Shown here: positions 50,896 to 63,439 of the stretch, one piece after another | How the letters are laid out: every line of letters starts with the position of its first letter | How positions within the stretch are numbered: the first letter of the stretch is position 1 | Origin: Entomortierella parvispora E1425 | Taxonomy: Eukaryota > Fungi > Mortierellomycota | NCBI GenBank assembly: GCA_020891255.1 | Contig: BQFW01000008.1 | Location: 1,364,001 to 1,428,000, forward strand | Direction: 5' to 3' | Length of the DNA: 64,000 nucleotides | Position numbers and translations under genes: made by a program | The notes under the pieces: model-generated | The model's database searches: none | The model's input: only the letters and a program-made list of their open reading frames with translations | What the model was told of the DNA's origin: nothing

Positions 50896-52534
50896 CTAAG
50901 ATTCGTGGTTTGTCCGACTCATCACCTCATACTCATCCGTGTACGAGCTACGAGACGAAATATTTCTCGAGAGGGAAGGTCGTAATGCCCCGCCTGTAAT
51001 CTGGCCATCTATGGTGCTCTGGTTCTCATGTAAGTTCAAGGGCAGTCCAGTCTCGTCCACGGGCCCACTCTTCAAAGACCACACGCTGGGCGGTGCGCCC
51101 GCCTTTTCATTGGTCACATTTTGCCGTATGAGGGACACCAAGGGGGAGGGGTACTGGCCGTGATGTTGTGGCGATGGTGATGTAAATGCAAGATTCTCCT
51201 TAATAGCCAGTGCGTTCGTTTCCAAAACCGCAATCTCCTCCCGAACTGAGCTTGCTAGCGATTCCAGGACCGCACACAGGTGCTGCCTCCTCTGCCGTGC
51301 TTGAAATCGTTTTTGCGTTTGGATATAGAGCACGAACCAGTAGACATGCAAGGAGAGAGTGATCGTGTAAAGGAACGACACGGACTTGTCGGGATAATTG
51401 TAGTAAATTTCGTGCCATAGCAGAGACACGTATATCAATCGAGTTGAGATAAAGCAGAGAAGGTAGAGCCTCTCCACAGTCTTAGTCCTTCGTGGAGGAA
51501 ACATCCTCCCGTAGGCCAAGAAAATACTAGACGCTATTTTTTTTAGTTCCGGACAAAGAGTGAAGTGTCAGTGAACATTCCATCCAAGGAGGAGATTCTT
51601 TGTAACAATTAGTCCAATCAACCAGTTGGTTCAATCAGCAAATAGAGGTCAAGTCTAGGGTCTAGGGGTTACCTTCAATTGGAGTTCCACAGATGCAAAA
51701 GACAGACAACATGTCTCCTGCCCGCATATGCACAACAATAAAGTAGTAGATGATGTGATGGATCACGGTCGAAAATACCTCAAGCTGCCTTCGATAGTGG
51801 ATAAACCCCAGGATTAGGTCCACAACCAAGAACGCTTGAAAGTTGCCTGCGATCAAATGGGGTCCAATTCGGCCATCATCCGGATAATTCTCCAATGAGA
51901 ATACTAAATGAGGTCGTTCCATTTGCGCCTGATAAACACGATGTCGAAGGGACAGAGGAGGTAGTTTTTCCTTTCCTGCGCCGCTCTGCAGTATGACGGG
52001 CTCTGCCTCCAACGGATTTTTATGATGGGCCTGATCCAGGTCCGAAAAACAATGATACTTTGGCACCCGATAATTGGAATCGGTGTCGCCTGGACTTGTC
52101 CACAGGCACGAGGGCAAAGACGCAGCCAGGGCAAGGGTCCCAGCCTTCAGGATCGGGTAGCAGACCCCGATTGATTCAGATGAGGGTGCGGTAGTGGACC
52201 ATGCTTGTAGGGATGAGGACCCTACTGTCGTGGATTGAAAGTCCACGGCGGCATTAATGACTGTCCTCAAGTGGGGAACCTCATAGAACCCAGCTAACGT
52301 GAACAAGGAGGCCGAATAGAGGCCTAGGACCCAGGAGAGACCCAGACGATTGTTGGATAGGGAGGGATTCAAGTACCAAGTGAGATAGAACAAACAAGGA
52401 AAGCTGATTATGGTAACGGCAAAGGATGTCCAAAACGGATTGTCTCGTAGACTCCAGTCCAGGGGTAGCAATTTGGCATCGTGTAGTCCAAGAAAGTAGA
52501 TTACAGACGGCGTGGACTCATGAGGCATCCACAT
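50896..52534 (-). CDS. TLC-domain membrane protein, paralog 2, about 499 aa (exons 51673-52534, 50896-51533)
   Basis: LGLSWVLGLYSA; FLVVDLILGFIHY; TVIHHIIY; GTPIE|ASSIFLAYG; FISTRLI; HVYWF. Confidence 0.83.
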
Positions 52535-52881
52535 TGCCAGATAGCAGAAGGAGGGGGAGAAGGGTATATGAATATGTCAATGCCGCGGTGCAGACACAAG
52601 TGATGGCAAGGGAAGTGACAATACAAAGTGGAAGGAGTAAGGGAAGAGAAGCAACGGTGGGAATATAAGTAGTCTCTGTGGCTGTGGCTGGAAATTAAGG
52701 AGCGCCTTCCAACTCATCCTGGCAAGTTAACGACTGATTGCCATTGGACATGTTTGCAAACGATCGAAAAAAAAACGATAAAAGCTGGCGTTTAATTACG
52801 ATTCTTTACGCAGCTTCAAGTATAAGGCGGCTATATGGCGAGAGATAGTAATAAAGTTTCTGGACAGACGTCTGATCGGTC

Positions 52882-53434
52882 TTAGACCATGAAACTGACA
52901 AAGGAAGCGACCAAAGTTGTGATTCCTGCAGTAAGGGCGCCTGCATACAAAACATTGGCTCCCGAACCTTTCGTCGTCGTCGTGGGACCCGATGTCGAAG
53001 TGGGGGCCACACCAGAGACAGCCGTGGCAATAGGACCAGGAGCGGTCGCCGTGACAGTGGGAACACCAGCAGAGGCAGGGACGTTATAAGCGTTGTAAAT
53101 GCAGGTGTTTTCACAGGCCAGGGCATTGTCACCAGAGCACGCCTCAACACACTTCACTGTCGCATCAATCTTTTCCTCGGCAGCAGTGATTGGTCCAGCT
53201 AAGGCGCGCAAGAGAACAAAGAACGTCAGCCATTGTCTGTACGAATTGAAGAACGCCATATCCATTGAGATGCTTACCTGGAGTAGGGACAGGAGCGGCT
53301 TCGGCCACAAGAGCTGCGGCGTCTGTTGCGCCTTCATCGAGTGCCTTGACATTAGGATAGGACACACCGGACACACCGGCCGACACGGCCCAGATGAAGA
53401 GGGAGAGAGTGACGAGAACAATGAAGAAGCGCAT
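52882..53434 (-). CDS. Small secreted, probably GPI-anchored Cys-containing protein, about 157 aa (exons 53278-53434, 52882-53198)
   Basis: Signal peptide MRFFIVLVTLSLFIWAVSA; CVEACSGDNALACENTC; Thr/Pro/Ala-rich stalk; small residues SGA followed by a hydrophobic C-terminus. Confidence 0.78.
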
Positions 53435-54738
53435 GGTGATTAAGATATGATGTGTGTTGCGAGTGTGGAGTCGAAAACAAGAGAGAGAGAAGAAAAGAGT
53501 GGTGGGAATCGACGAGTGAGATTGAAAGAGAAGAGAGTGTTGTATGCTAGGTACGTAGTTAGAAACGTAAAGGTAGGGCGATCCCCTTGTGGCCCTTTTA
53601 TAACAATTAGAAGAGAGGACGGCCAAGTACCCGGCGCAAGGGCAGAAAGGGGACTCCGGGGAGGGTGGGCCCGCTATCCAGGTGTGTTGGCTACATGACT
53701 CCAGTCTGGGACGGCGATTGGTATCATGGAGTCCCTCTCTTACTGCTCGCTTTCAAGGGTGAGAATATCGGTTGACAAAGACGGGGTGGAAAGGAGATGG
53801 TTTTTTTGTCTTGAAGGGCACAAAGGGCAGAAAAAAAGAGGCAGGCAAGGGCAGATGGGAGGGGAGGCAACCAGTCCATAAAGGAGGCGATGAACAAACA
53901 GAGGTGGTGTCCAAGGGACAAGCTGGCCCCTCCGCGCCAACACCCTCTGGTCAAGATCCGATCGAAGGTCAGTTCGCCATACCGTAGTTTATCCTTGCAT
54001 CTTCTTTGTGAGATATTCACTTTTGCACTCTGCGCAACATCGTCTAATTGTAGCCAGTAACACAAGCGAACAGGACGCGTTCGCACTGAGAAGAGACACG
54101 ACGATCTCGACACGCGCCACACTTCATCTGATGATGGCCTGCACGCGTCTGCTGTGGTTTAACCAGCACATTGTCGGATAAAGTTTTCTTGCAACAACAA
54201 GAACTTACTTATCCCTGGATTCCTGATCCCTCGCCGTCTCCTGAAAATGAGGAAAAAAGCGCTACAGTGGCCGTTCTTTTTGCTTCTGAACTGATGGTTC
54301 CGATGAAGGCACCGTCTGGCCATGGTACTGTTGGCTGTGAGGGTTTGTCCACACGGGCACGTTCCAAGGATTTATCTCTTCCGTCTTTCGCGCTGAGATT
54401 ACGATATCAGCATTGGGGCCATGTTCTTTGTTCTTGAGAGGGTGACAGGGAGAGCCGAGACGGGGGCGGTCTCCAGGGCATTCTAACACGAACAGGTTCG
54501 GGAGGGTAAAAAAGGGGCTGGCTGCTCTTGTTTGGCACCACTTGGCTCTCGCACCGTCCCTGCCTGGAATGCACACGTTCAGCCCTTGTAACAGTTGAAC
54601 CGGCTTGGAACCTATATCTCCTCGTCATCCCGTTACCCCATCATCTCCAGCAACCATAAACAATTTGAACCATTGAATTTTATTCAAGTTGTTTCTGTTC
54701 AGATCCATAGATGGACAAAACACCCAAGATTTTATTGC

Positions 54739-55781
54739 TTATGCCTGGGTGGGACGGCCACGGCCCAAACCAGAGCGGAACTCGGGCTTGTAGTCACCGG
54801 AGGCACCCTCCTTCTTCTCACCATCATCGCGACGGCGGTAATCCTCGCGATCACCGCGGGGGCGGTAAGCACCCTCGGGACGCTCTATTAAACGGAAATA
54901 GTATTCATGATATTATGGTCAGAAGCGGAGCATACGCTGTTGCAAATGGCATTTTGAATCTTCTGCTGATGTCCAACTCCATGTAAGGTTAATGTTGGGT
55001 CGCAAAAATCCAAGACCCGTGAGTGTAAATAGTACAATTCCTGACATCCCAAAATAATGGCGATAAGGTGTACTCTGTTCTGAATGTTGTTCGTACTGGC
55101 ATCGCCTTCAATCATCAATTAATCCAATTGATCTGGTGATAGAACTCGAGCTGCAGGTGTGGTGAAGTCGATCCAAGGGTCTAGTGTCCATTCTGCATTG
55201 AAGTAGGTTCTTACCAGCACGGCGGGGAGCACCGGTGCGGACGGTCTTCTTGAAGGTGGCGGGGAAGATCTCCGAGGGCAAGTGGAGGTACTCGCGCAAG
55301 TACTCGATACCCTCATCGGTCAAGGTGTAGTAGTAGTATTGCCACGAGAACTGGGTCTTGACATACTGCTTGGAGTCCAAGGACTGGAGAGCCTTGATGA
55401 CCTGCAAGTTGGGGACATCGATCTCGTCGTGCTTGGGGGCGTTGAAGTCCTTCTTGGCGACCAAGACACCATCTGCATCCAGCAAGTCAATATTTTGTCG
55501 AATTCAAGGAAACGATCGTATGAAGGGTTGGAGATGGCGCATCCAGTGAAATCAAAAAGTGATTCAGTTGTTTTGTCGTCCAATGTCAAAGGGAATCCAG
55601 AAAGAAACAGACAGGGTACAAAGGGTTGGAATTAAGAAAGAAAGAGGTCGAATTAGCTCCAAGATCATAGATTCATCCTGATTTCTGACAATCTGCACAA
55701 TCTCCTGTTGATTTGTTGTTGATGCATACCCTTGAAGAGGGCCTCGTAGATAAGCTTGCGGTTCTGCTTGGGGATAAGCAT
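54739..55781 (-). CDS. RPS10: 40S ribosomal protein eS10, 151 aa (exons 55730-55781, 55215-55472, 54739-54884)
   Basis: [17 protein letters not shown]|[15 protein letters not shown]...[26 protein letters not shown]...RREDYRRR...GRGRP. An acceptor-like AACCAG 10 nt before the ATG suggests a 5'-UTR intron. Confidence 0.97.
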
Positions 55782-56617
55782 GCTGAATTATCTGGTTGAT
55801 GGAGAAGAGAGAGGACGAGCGTTAGAGGCGCTGGAATCATAGGTTTGATGATGCTCTCGCCACTTCCTGGACTGCTCCTATGATGAACATGTAGAGTTCT
55901 TCCGTTTCGATGTCATTCTTTCATTCGTTCACTCATCCTTGAATGCCTGCTTCTCTTTTGGAGAATGCTCTCATTTCCTGCAGCACTGTTTCATCTCTGA
56001 TACTCCATGGTCATCATCTGAGATGCAAAGTCGCCCGCCAACAAGACCTTCGATCGACCACGTAGGATCCGATGTCGAGAATTCGGCGGTTCAGGATTGA
56101 TGGATAGATAGATCGATTGATGGTTGCTCTCCTGACCGATGGATCCGCAATGGTCAACGTATATCGATGTATCTTCTAAGTCGGGCTCCAGTCGCAGTCA
56201 CGTGCATCAGCACTCTGGGTAAAATGCGCTACCTGTTTGAAAGAGGGAACAAAAGGCCTCCACTGGCGGAGCAATTAAAAAGCACCTCGAGAGCAAAGCC
56301 ACCAAATTTTGTTCCCCCTTCACGACGCGTCTCTCTTTTTTTTTTTTTTTGGACCTTGCTCCCTTCTGTGCAACCCATGTCTACACTGGTGTATATCACT
56401 TTAATAGTCGTTTCTATCTACAACATTATGTACAGAAGAGACCGCAGTGCTTTCTCTATGCACTCGTTCCTCCTTACGCAAGCTTGGGATGGAACTCGGG
56501 GGCATCAACTCGCAACTCGGAGTGTTCGACATCTAAGAGTGAATAAAGACAAAGATCAGAACCAGGGTTCCTTTTTTTTTATCTTCTGCTCTCTTCATTC
56601 TCACACACGAGCCATAC

Positions 56618-58162
56618 TTAATCAATGTCCAAATCGATTGCATTACCAATGACACCCTGGTGGGCACGGTGACCAGAATCAGCGTTAGGGGCATGCATGT
56701 CAGAGCCATCGTTGTTGGACTCAGCGTGGATTCCGCGCGTAGCAAATGTCTTCAAGTTGTTAGTGTGAGTCTGGTAGCCTTGGCCATTGCCTTCCTTGTC
56801 GTGGGACATGTGCTCCTTGTTGTGGGACTTGTGCTCGCCATCATAGTGAGGTTTGTGCTCCTTATGTTCATGTCCCTCGTTCTTGAGGTGGGCCTCCTTC
56901 GCATCATGCTTCACATCGCGCGCAGCAGACTTGATCGAATCCTTGGCATCATGGGCGGCATGCTCAGCTCCCTTCTTGGCCTTTTTGGCCTCGCCCTTGA
57001 CGTGCTCGCGGGCATCCTCAAATTCGTCAACAGCATCTTCGAATTCATCACCGGCTTCCTCAGCGGCATGCTTGGCAGAGTCCTTGGCGGACTTGACGCC
57101 ATCTTTGACATTCTTGGCAGCGTTTTCGGCACCCCTCTTGACATCCTTCGCAGTCTTGTGGGCGCCGTCTTTTGTGTCGTGAGCAGACTTCTCAGCTCCC
57201 TTCTTTGCGTCGTGGACGGTATCCTTCGCGTTCTCCTTGGCTTTCTTAGCACCGTCAGCCATCTTTTCCGCTCCCTTCTTGGCGTCATGAGCAGCGTCTT
57301 TGACGTTTTCCTTTGCGTTTTTAGCACTATCCTTCACGTTATCAGCGGCTTTCTCAGCACCCTTCTTAACATCCTTTGCAGCATCCTTGACGTTCTCCTT
57401 GGCCTTCTTGGCACCATCCTTGACATCGTGAGACATCTTCTCAGCTCCTTTCTTCGCGTCATGAGAAGCGTCCTTCATGTTCTCCTTTGCCTTCTTAGCA
57501 CCGTCTTTGACATTGTCCACCGCCTTCTCAGCGCCCTTCTTTGCATCTTTGGCTACATCCTTGATCTTGTCTTTCGTGTTGTCGACACCCTTCTTGGTGG
57601 CCTCTGCAGCTTCGGAGACCTTATCGGCTCCGGCCTTGATGGCGCCGGATGCCTTCTCGAGACCCTCGGAGGCAAGCTCGCGTGCATGGTCAGCGGCCTC
57701 ACCGGCCTTCTTTTGGATCGTCTCGGAAGCCTCGGACAACTTGTGCTGAGCCTCCTCAGCGGCATGTGAGACCTTTTCCTTGGCCTGCTCTCCGAGCTAT
57801 TCATGATCAGCGTCGTTTAGAGTGTTGCTTTGGAGAATAACAAAACCTGGGAATACTCTACTATAGTTACCTTCTCTGCCTCCTTGATTGCCTCGTCAGT
57901 AGCAGCTATGGATGGGGGTGGTAAGATCCAGCAACACTATCAATATTTTGAGTGAGGATGGAACGGCGGTTCCCAATCGCTGGTGGGACTTACCAGACAC
58001 CTGCTTGGCAGCCTCAGAGGCCTTTTCCTTCAACTGAGCAGCTTGCTCAGCACGCTGCTCTTCGGTCGTGGACATGTACCAGTAAACTGCAATACTGATG
58101 AGAGTGACAAAGCCAGCAAACAAGGTGTTGCTGGCGGCTGTTGAGCCATGATGATGAGCCAT
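56618..58162 (-). CDS. LEA-like amphipathic repeat protein with N-terminal hydrophobic anchor, about 460 aa (exons 57994-58162, 57871-57905, 56618-57796)
   Basis: N-terminal LFAGFVTLISIAVYWYM, then A/K/D/E-rich repeats (AKKGAEK...VKDGAKKAKENVKDAAHD) and a His-rich tail. The 35-nt middle exon restores the frame. Confidence 0.8.
57030..57600 (-). repeat. Imperfect coding tandem repeat, unit about 87 bp (29 aa), about 5-6 copies with deletions
   Basis: Recurring AKKGAEK / KDGAKKAKEN / KDAAHD units in the translation. Confidence 0.8.
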
Positions 58163-58657
58163 TGTGATGAAGTCGGTTGTATGAGTTTCGTAAGCGATAT
58201 ATGTATGTATATGGAAAAGGGAGATGCTTTTTGAGGTTGGGAGATGATAAAAGAATGAGAGAGGTTTAGAGATTAGGCAACTGCAGTGAACAGAGTGATG
58301 AGGTATCTGTTGGTCAAAAAAAAAAAAAAAAAATCGAAGGAGGGTCCAAAAAAAATGTCTCGAAAATTTTTCATGGACGCGATGAGATTTGTGTGATCAA
58401 GATCAAGTGAGACGCAGGATCCGTTTTACGCAAAGCTACGAGATCTGGTTTCTGTCCAGTGTTTCCACAGAGGCCAATACATGCACCCGTGTTGGGTTCT
58501 TATATTAAACAGCCCGGATACGCCAAGAACACCAGACTGTTGGTTCCATTTACAAATCTCATCTCTTGACGCCATTTCTAGTATGTGATATGGTATATTA
58601 GGTAGATGGTGAAGAGTGCTATAATACAATTGAGGGTGTCAAGTCTGTCTGTTCATG

Positions 58658-59848
58658 TCACCGAATGGCCTCCTCGAAAGTCAAGTTTTCTGACATTCGT
58701 CCGGAAGGATTGGACATTAAAGGGGATGTTCTCGTTGGCGACTCCAAATCGATAGAGCTAGCTTGGTTCCGATCCCTCCGTGGAAAGATACAGGGCAAAA
58801 ATACGAGGCCCATGGTCCGAACTGCATCTTTGGTTGTGCCAAAGACAAGAAACACTCCAATACCCGCAAAGCTGCCGCTAAAATCTGAAAAATTATTCAG
58901 TTCGTCCGTAGTGCTATAGTCGTCCTTGGTTGCCACCTTTTGGCCAAATTTTTCAAGCACAGCTAAAAGGACAATGATCCCAAAGGCGAGGCAGAATATG
59001 ACCAGCCGAATGCAATGACTATTACATCAAAAGACATATATAATTTCAAATTAGCACGAGGGAAGGGTTTCTACATGACAGACCAAGTTTGCCATAACGA
59101 GGAGCTAAGCGAACCTAAGATCCATAGCAAGACTGGGAGCGTGCGTCTCCGATCGATAGAGGGTTCGCCTCACACGCAGTGTGTGCAAGACCAGAAAGAT
59201 CACGGAATGAGCTACGCCAACGAGAGTGTGGTGGATGAGAAAGTAACAATATAAGTTAGGCATTGACTGTGCGAAGAAAGAAACCGGTCAAGACCAAAAT
59301 GAGGGGCCGGAGGGCATCGTACTTGCGCAAATGATTCCAGGGATCGCCACAACTAACATCGGGATTGCGAAGGTGCCCAGGGTGATATTTGAACTTCTCA
59401 GGTCGCAGTAGAACTTTCGAGGATAAGAACTCAAGTCCTCCCAGTCCCTAAGGAGGATACAGGCGATGGAGGTCGCAATAGCAGGCATCCCAAAGGAAAA
59501 TAGACAATACCACTTGAGGAGTTGCTGCTCTGTATATTTGCTCCGGCGGACGATCACGAACCAGATGTGGAACCCCATGCATGATGCCAAGCATGTGATC
59601 GCAAGGGGCAGGAACTGCTCAAAGACGGCAGAGATAGTACAGCCCGGGGACCCCCCAGCCCTTGCCATGACACGATCATCATATGCCAACAGGAGTACCG
59701 TCTCGTTGATGTTGTTCAGGATCGCAACGATGCAAAAGATTTGCAGAGTGTAGTTGATACCCCGATAAAAACAATGACCAAAAAGGAAGAGGAAGAGGGC
59801 AATGCTGACATATTCGAGAATAAGGTAGTTCACTTCATCGCTGGCCAT
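58658..59848 (-). CDS. Orphan 7TM GPCR-like receptor (cAMP-receptor/frizzled-like fold), about 327 aa (exons 59323-59848, 59115-59211, 58658-59018)
   Basis: Seven hydrophobic segments; Cys at the top of TM3 (GCTISAVFEQF) and in ECL2 (KFYCDL); FHIWFVIV; YCLFSFGMPAI; GVFLVFGTT at the end of TM7. Exon phases are consistent. Confidence 0.78.
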
Positions 59849-61280
59849 ATTCAAAGAGATCGACAGGCTGAGAGCATAGAGAGAGAGGAGGGGGGAGAGG
59901 CGGAGAGGGAGAGAGGGGAGGAAGGAAGATGGCGGCAGGGAGAAAGAAAAAGGGGAAGAGAAAAGGTGAAAGAGAACAACAACAAAGACAAAAACTCCCG
60001 ACCACTCAAAGACCGTTGACAACGGAATTACGATTCCCGACGCTATCGACTGAGAGGATCAAGACAGGAGCAATGGGCACTGGGCGGGGCGATCGATCTG
60101 TGGTTTTTTGGACAGTCAGACAGTTAGCGCAAAGGCCCGCAGTTGTAATTGGCCACGCTCCTTGATGTGGTGGACCGTTAGGCGGTATGTTTCATGTTGT
60201 GAAAAGTGCGGGAAAAGCATGGCAGACTCAGGACTGATGACCAAAGGAAAGGAGCCCGAGGGTGCACAAGGCGGCTTTGGCGCCTCGCATGTATGCATGT
60301 ATCTCGACTGTCGGCGTGCTTACCGAGATTCGTCCGTGGATTGATCCAGACACAGCTGCCAAGGTCCTGTGGAACATCAATCGGAGACGCCAGGGCCCTC
60401 CACGTGCATGCTGCACGCCGCAGGTTCGATTCTTTGGAGATAGGCACGCGTGTCGACCCTGATCTCTGCAGTGAAGCCTTCGTACAGCGTTCGCATCTAC
60501 TACAGGGTGTTCGTTGGTGGCAACAGGAAAAAGGAGAGTACGGAAGCCGAAATGGGCAAGGTCGGATCCGTCGGGGAATGTAGGGACGAAACGGCTCGTG
60601 CGCACAAAGAAGCTTTCTTGCTGCGTCCGCAGGCAGTCGAAGACAGCTGCCCATGACTCGGCACTCATCCTGCCTCCCTTGAATGGCTGCACTGTTCACC
60701 GACTATGAGGGGAATAAGTCTTGCAGACAAGTGAGTGCAGCTCTCGCCACCGCTTTGCAGTCATCAAGACAATTAAGGTTGTCGAGGTGGGTCCCAAGGA
60801 GTCAGCATCTCTGGCTAGCAGCGGCTGGCAGACTGGCATTTCGCCGTCTTTGTGGGTTCAAAGTTGTGGGGAGGAAGCTTCATGGAGGGCGACACCAAAA
60901 TGAGCGGAGCGGGGGCGGTGGGATGGAGAGGGCCAGCATTGACTGGGCCAACTGTCTGAGCCCCACGGCGGCAGCATGGGGAACGAAGGTAATTGCCCAC
61001 GGACGACTATCAGCCAGTCAGCCCCAGAACGTTCATCCAGCAGAAGCAGCCGGGACGAACTCGTTCCTTTCAACTCAAATTGATCGGAGCCATCCCCACT
61101 TCTTCCTTTCCTCTTCTCTGCCCTTTGTCAAACGACATCTTTCATTCTCTCATTCATTCTGCCTTATGAATTGAATTCATCTTGCTGAATTCACCATTCG
61201 CTGTCACCTACCACATTTTTTTTGTACAGCCACCTTGCCTCGATCCGTTGTACCTGCAGTCCACAAATTAACTCACAATC

Positions 61281-63236
61281 ATGGACCCTCCTCACGCAAC
61301 CAGCACTTTGAACACCCACCAACATCGCCAGACTGATCCCTCAAATGGCAACCATAATCATACCAACGATAACGACAGCTCACAACAGCAGCCTGAAGAC
61401 GAGTCTGCCGACGCCAAAAAGAAAAGAACTGGCCCCAAGCGACGAAAAGTTACCCATGGTAAAAATGATCACTGCCAGCGGCACAACCATGAGATGGGGA
61501 CAGAGAGATCTCTTCTCGCTCATCCACATGTACTGACTAACCAAAGCGACGCGCTCTCTTCTCTTATTTGTGCCCTAATCAATCTTTTTGTAGCATGTGT
61601 TTATTGCCGGCGGTCACATATGACTTGCGACGATGGTAAGAGGTGTATACGGTTTGATGCTGATCCCAGCATTTGCTTCCTCATGCCAACTGCTGATACG
61701 GAAGAGTTCTCTTCTAATGCTAGGACGACCTTGCCAAAGATGTATCAAACGAAATATCGGACACCTTTGTCATGACGAGCCAAAGCCATCAGTCGCGGCT
61801 GCGGCGGCTGCAGCTAACCAAAACTCGACTGACGATCAAGGTGAGAATAATGCCCTGTTGTATTAAAGAGATAGTTACAAGTCAAAGGAATGCTGAGTCT
61901 GACACGCCTCGTTTCTAATCGATAGGACGACGACCATCGCAACAGCAAAACATCCCGAAGAACCCCATGATAAGCCAACCCCAGGGTCAGCAGCAACAAC
62001 AGCAGCAGAATAGTATGCAAGCAAACCAGTCCAATGGTATGGGCATGTACGGTGGATTCAGCAATCAGTTGTCGACCCTACCCGTTACGCCACTAACTTT
62101 CGCAAGTGAGCACATGGGTAACGAGTTCACAGTGATCAGGTACGAAATGGAAATTGATGCAAAGTAACGCGTATCGATCCTATGTGTGCGACTAGTAGCT
62201 AACATTCGATGTATGCCTCTTTTACAAAACCCACAGTGACTTCTTGGAGAGCTTGGGCGGTGACAACAACCAAGGACTGTACCCAGGGGGATCTGGGGTG
62301 CCAGTCAACACGACCGAAAAGTTCTTCTTGACTGCGGCAAACCCCAGCGATGGGTCTAACGAGGATCGACTGACCCAAGTGATCAATGCGAAATTTGAGG
62401 CTGGGTTCTTGAAGCCCTACAACTACGTCAATGGTTATTCTCGTCTCCAAAAATACATGGATAGCAAGTATGTGCTAAGTTCCCTTTGACGGACAGTTTG
62501 GGTCTCACATTTGTCCCACATCCTAACTTATGAACAATACTTTGTTTTCGATATTCAATAGCATGTCCAACATTAGCAGGCAAAGGATATTGAACGTTAT
62601 GGGCACATTTCGGCCAGCCTTCAGAACTGTTGCCCAATCCCTGACAGATATCGATCTAGTGCTTGTGGAGGAGGCGTTCGAACGTCTATTGCTAGTAAGT
62701 TTCGCCTGCACCTGCTCATGTCGACAATTGCCTTTGGTCCCATAGTGCTCACCAAAAGTGGTTGTAACTTGTTTGAACTTGAATAGGATTATGATCGTGT
62801 GTTCAGCTCGATGGGTATCCCCGCCTGTCTTTGGCGCCGAACTGGAGAGATCTACAAGGGCAACAAAGAATTTGCAGCCCTTGTCAACGTTCCACTGGAG
62901 ATGCTCCGAGAGGGCCGCCTTTGTATATATGAGTTGATGGCTGAGGAGTCGGCCGTGAACTATTGGGAGGTAAATGAAGTTACAGTGTCCTGAGTTCATG
63001 CCAATATTTCGGCATTTGCCTCGTTCTAATCATTTCTATCATTTTCCTCTCAGAAATACGGGAATATCGCTTTCGATGCTGGTCAAAAGGCTGTGCTTAC
63101 CTCTTGTCTTCTTAAGAACCCAGATCCAGAGAGTCAGAACGTCATGTCATGCTGCTTTTCGTTCACGATTCGGCGCGACCGCTACAACATCCCCACGGTG
63201 ATCGTTGGCAATTTTCTTCCAGTCGCTCTAGGATGA
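61281..63236 (+). CDS. RDS2: Zn cluster transcription factor of the RDS2/AcuM (gluconeogenic regulator) type with C-terminal PAS-like domain; multi-exon
   Basis: KRRKVTH|ACVYCRRSHMTCDD|GRPCQRCIKRNIGHLCHDEPK; FFLTAANPSDG; LKPYNYVNGYSRL; IPACLWRRTGEIYKGNKEFA; SAVNYWE|KYGNIAFD; CCFSFTIRRD. Confidence 0.9.
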
Positions 63237-63439
63237 TTTGTTTTAGAGATCTTTCCTGAATAAAATAACTATGAAATTCCGTATAATTTACTCGTTAAAA
63301 TTTCATCGATTAAAGAGATGTCGACCCCTTAACTTTATTTAATCGCATAGTGACTTCTTTCCATCAGGGAAAACAAAGGCAAAGTGCGACGTCCGGATGC
63401 ATTACTTCGTCAGACACCTCTCTCCCCACACATCACGCC

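Noticed and set aside
55792-56170. Several TGATGA box-C-like words in the RPS10 leader region
   Set aside because: No matching CTGA box D on the transcribed strand and no rRNA-complementary guide was recognised.
56660-57769. 369-aa very hydrophobic plus-strand ORF that looks like a multi-pass membrane protein
   Set aside because: It is the exact antisense of the AAG/GAG/GCC-rich LEA-like repeats, so the Leu/Phe/Val richness is a codon artefact.
60150-60260. CTGATGA-ccaaag-GAAA with an upstream GCTCCTT that could form stem III
   Set aside because: No stem I complementarity next to CUGAUGA; likely a chance match.
60415-60445. GCAGGTTCGATTC, resembling a tRNA T-loop
   Set aside because: The T-stem does not pair and there is no acceptor, D or anticodon arm.
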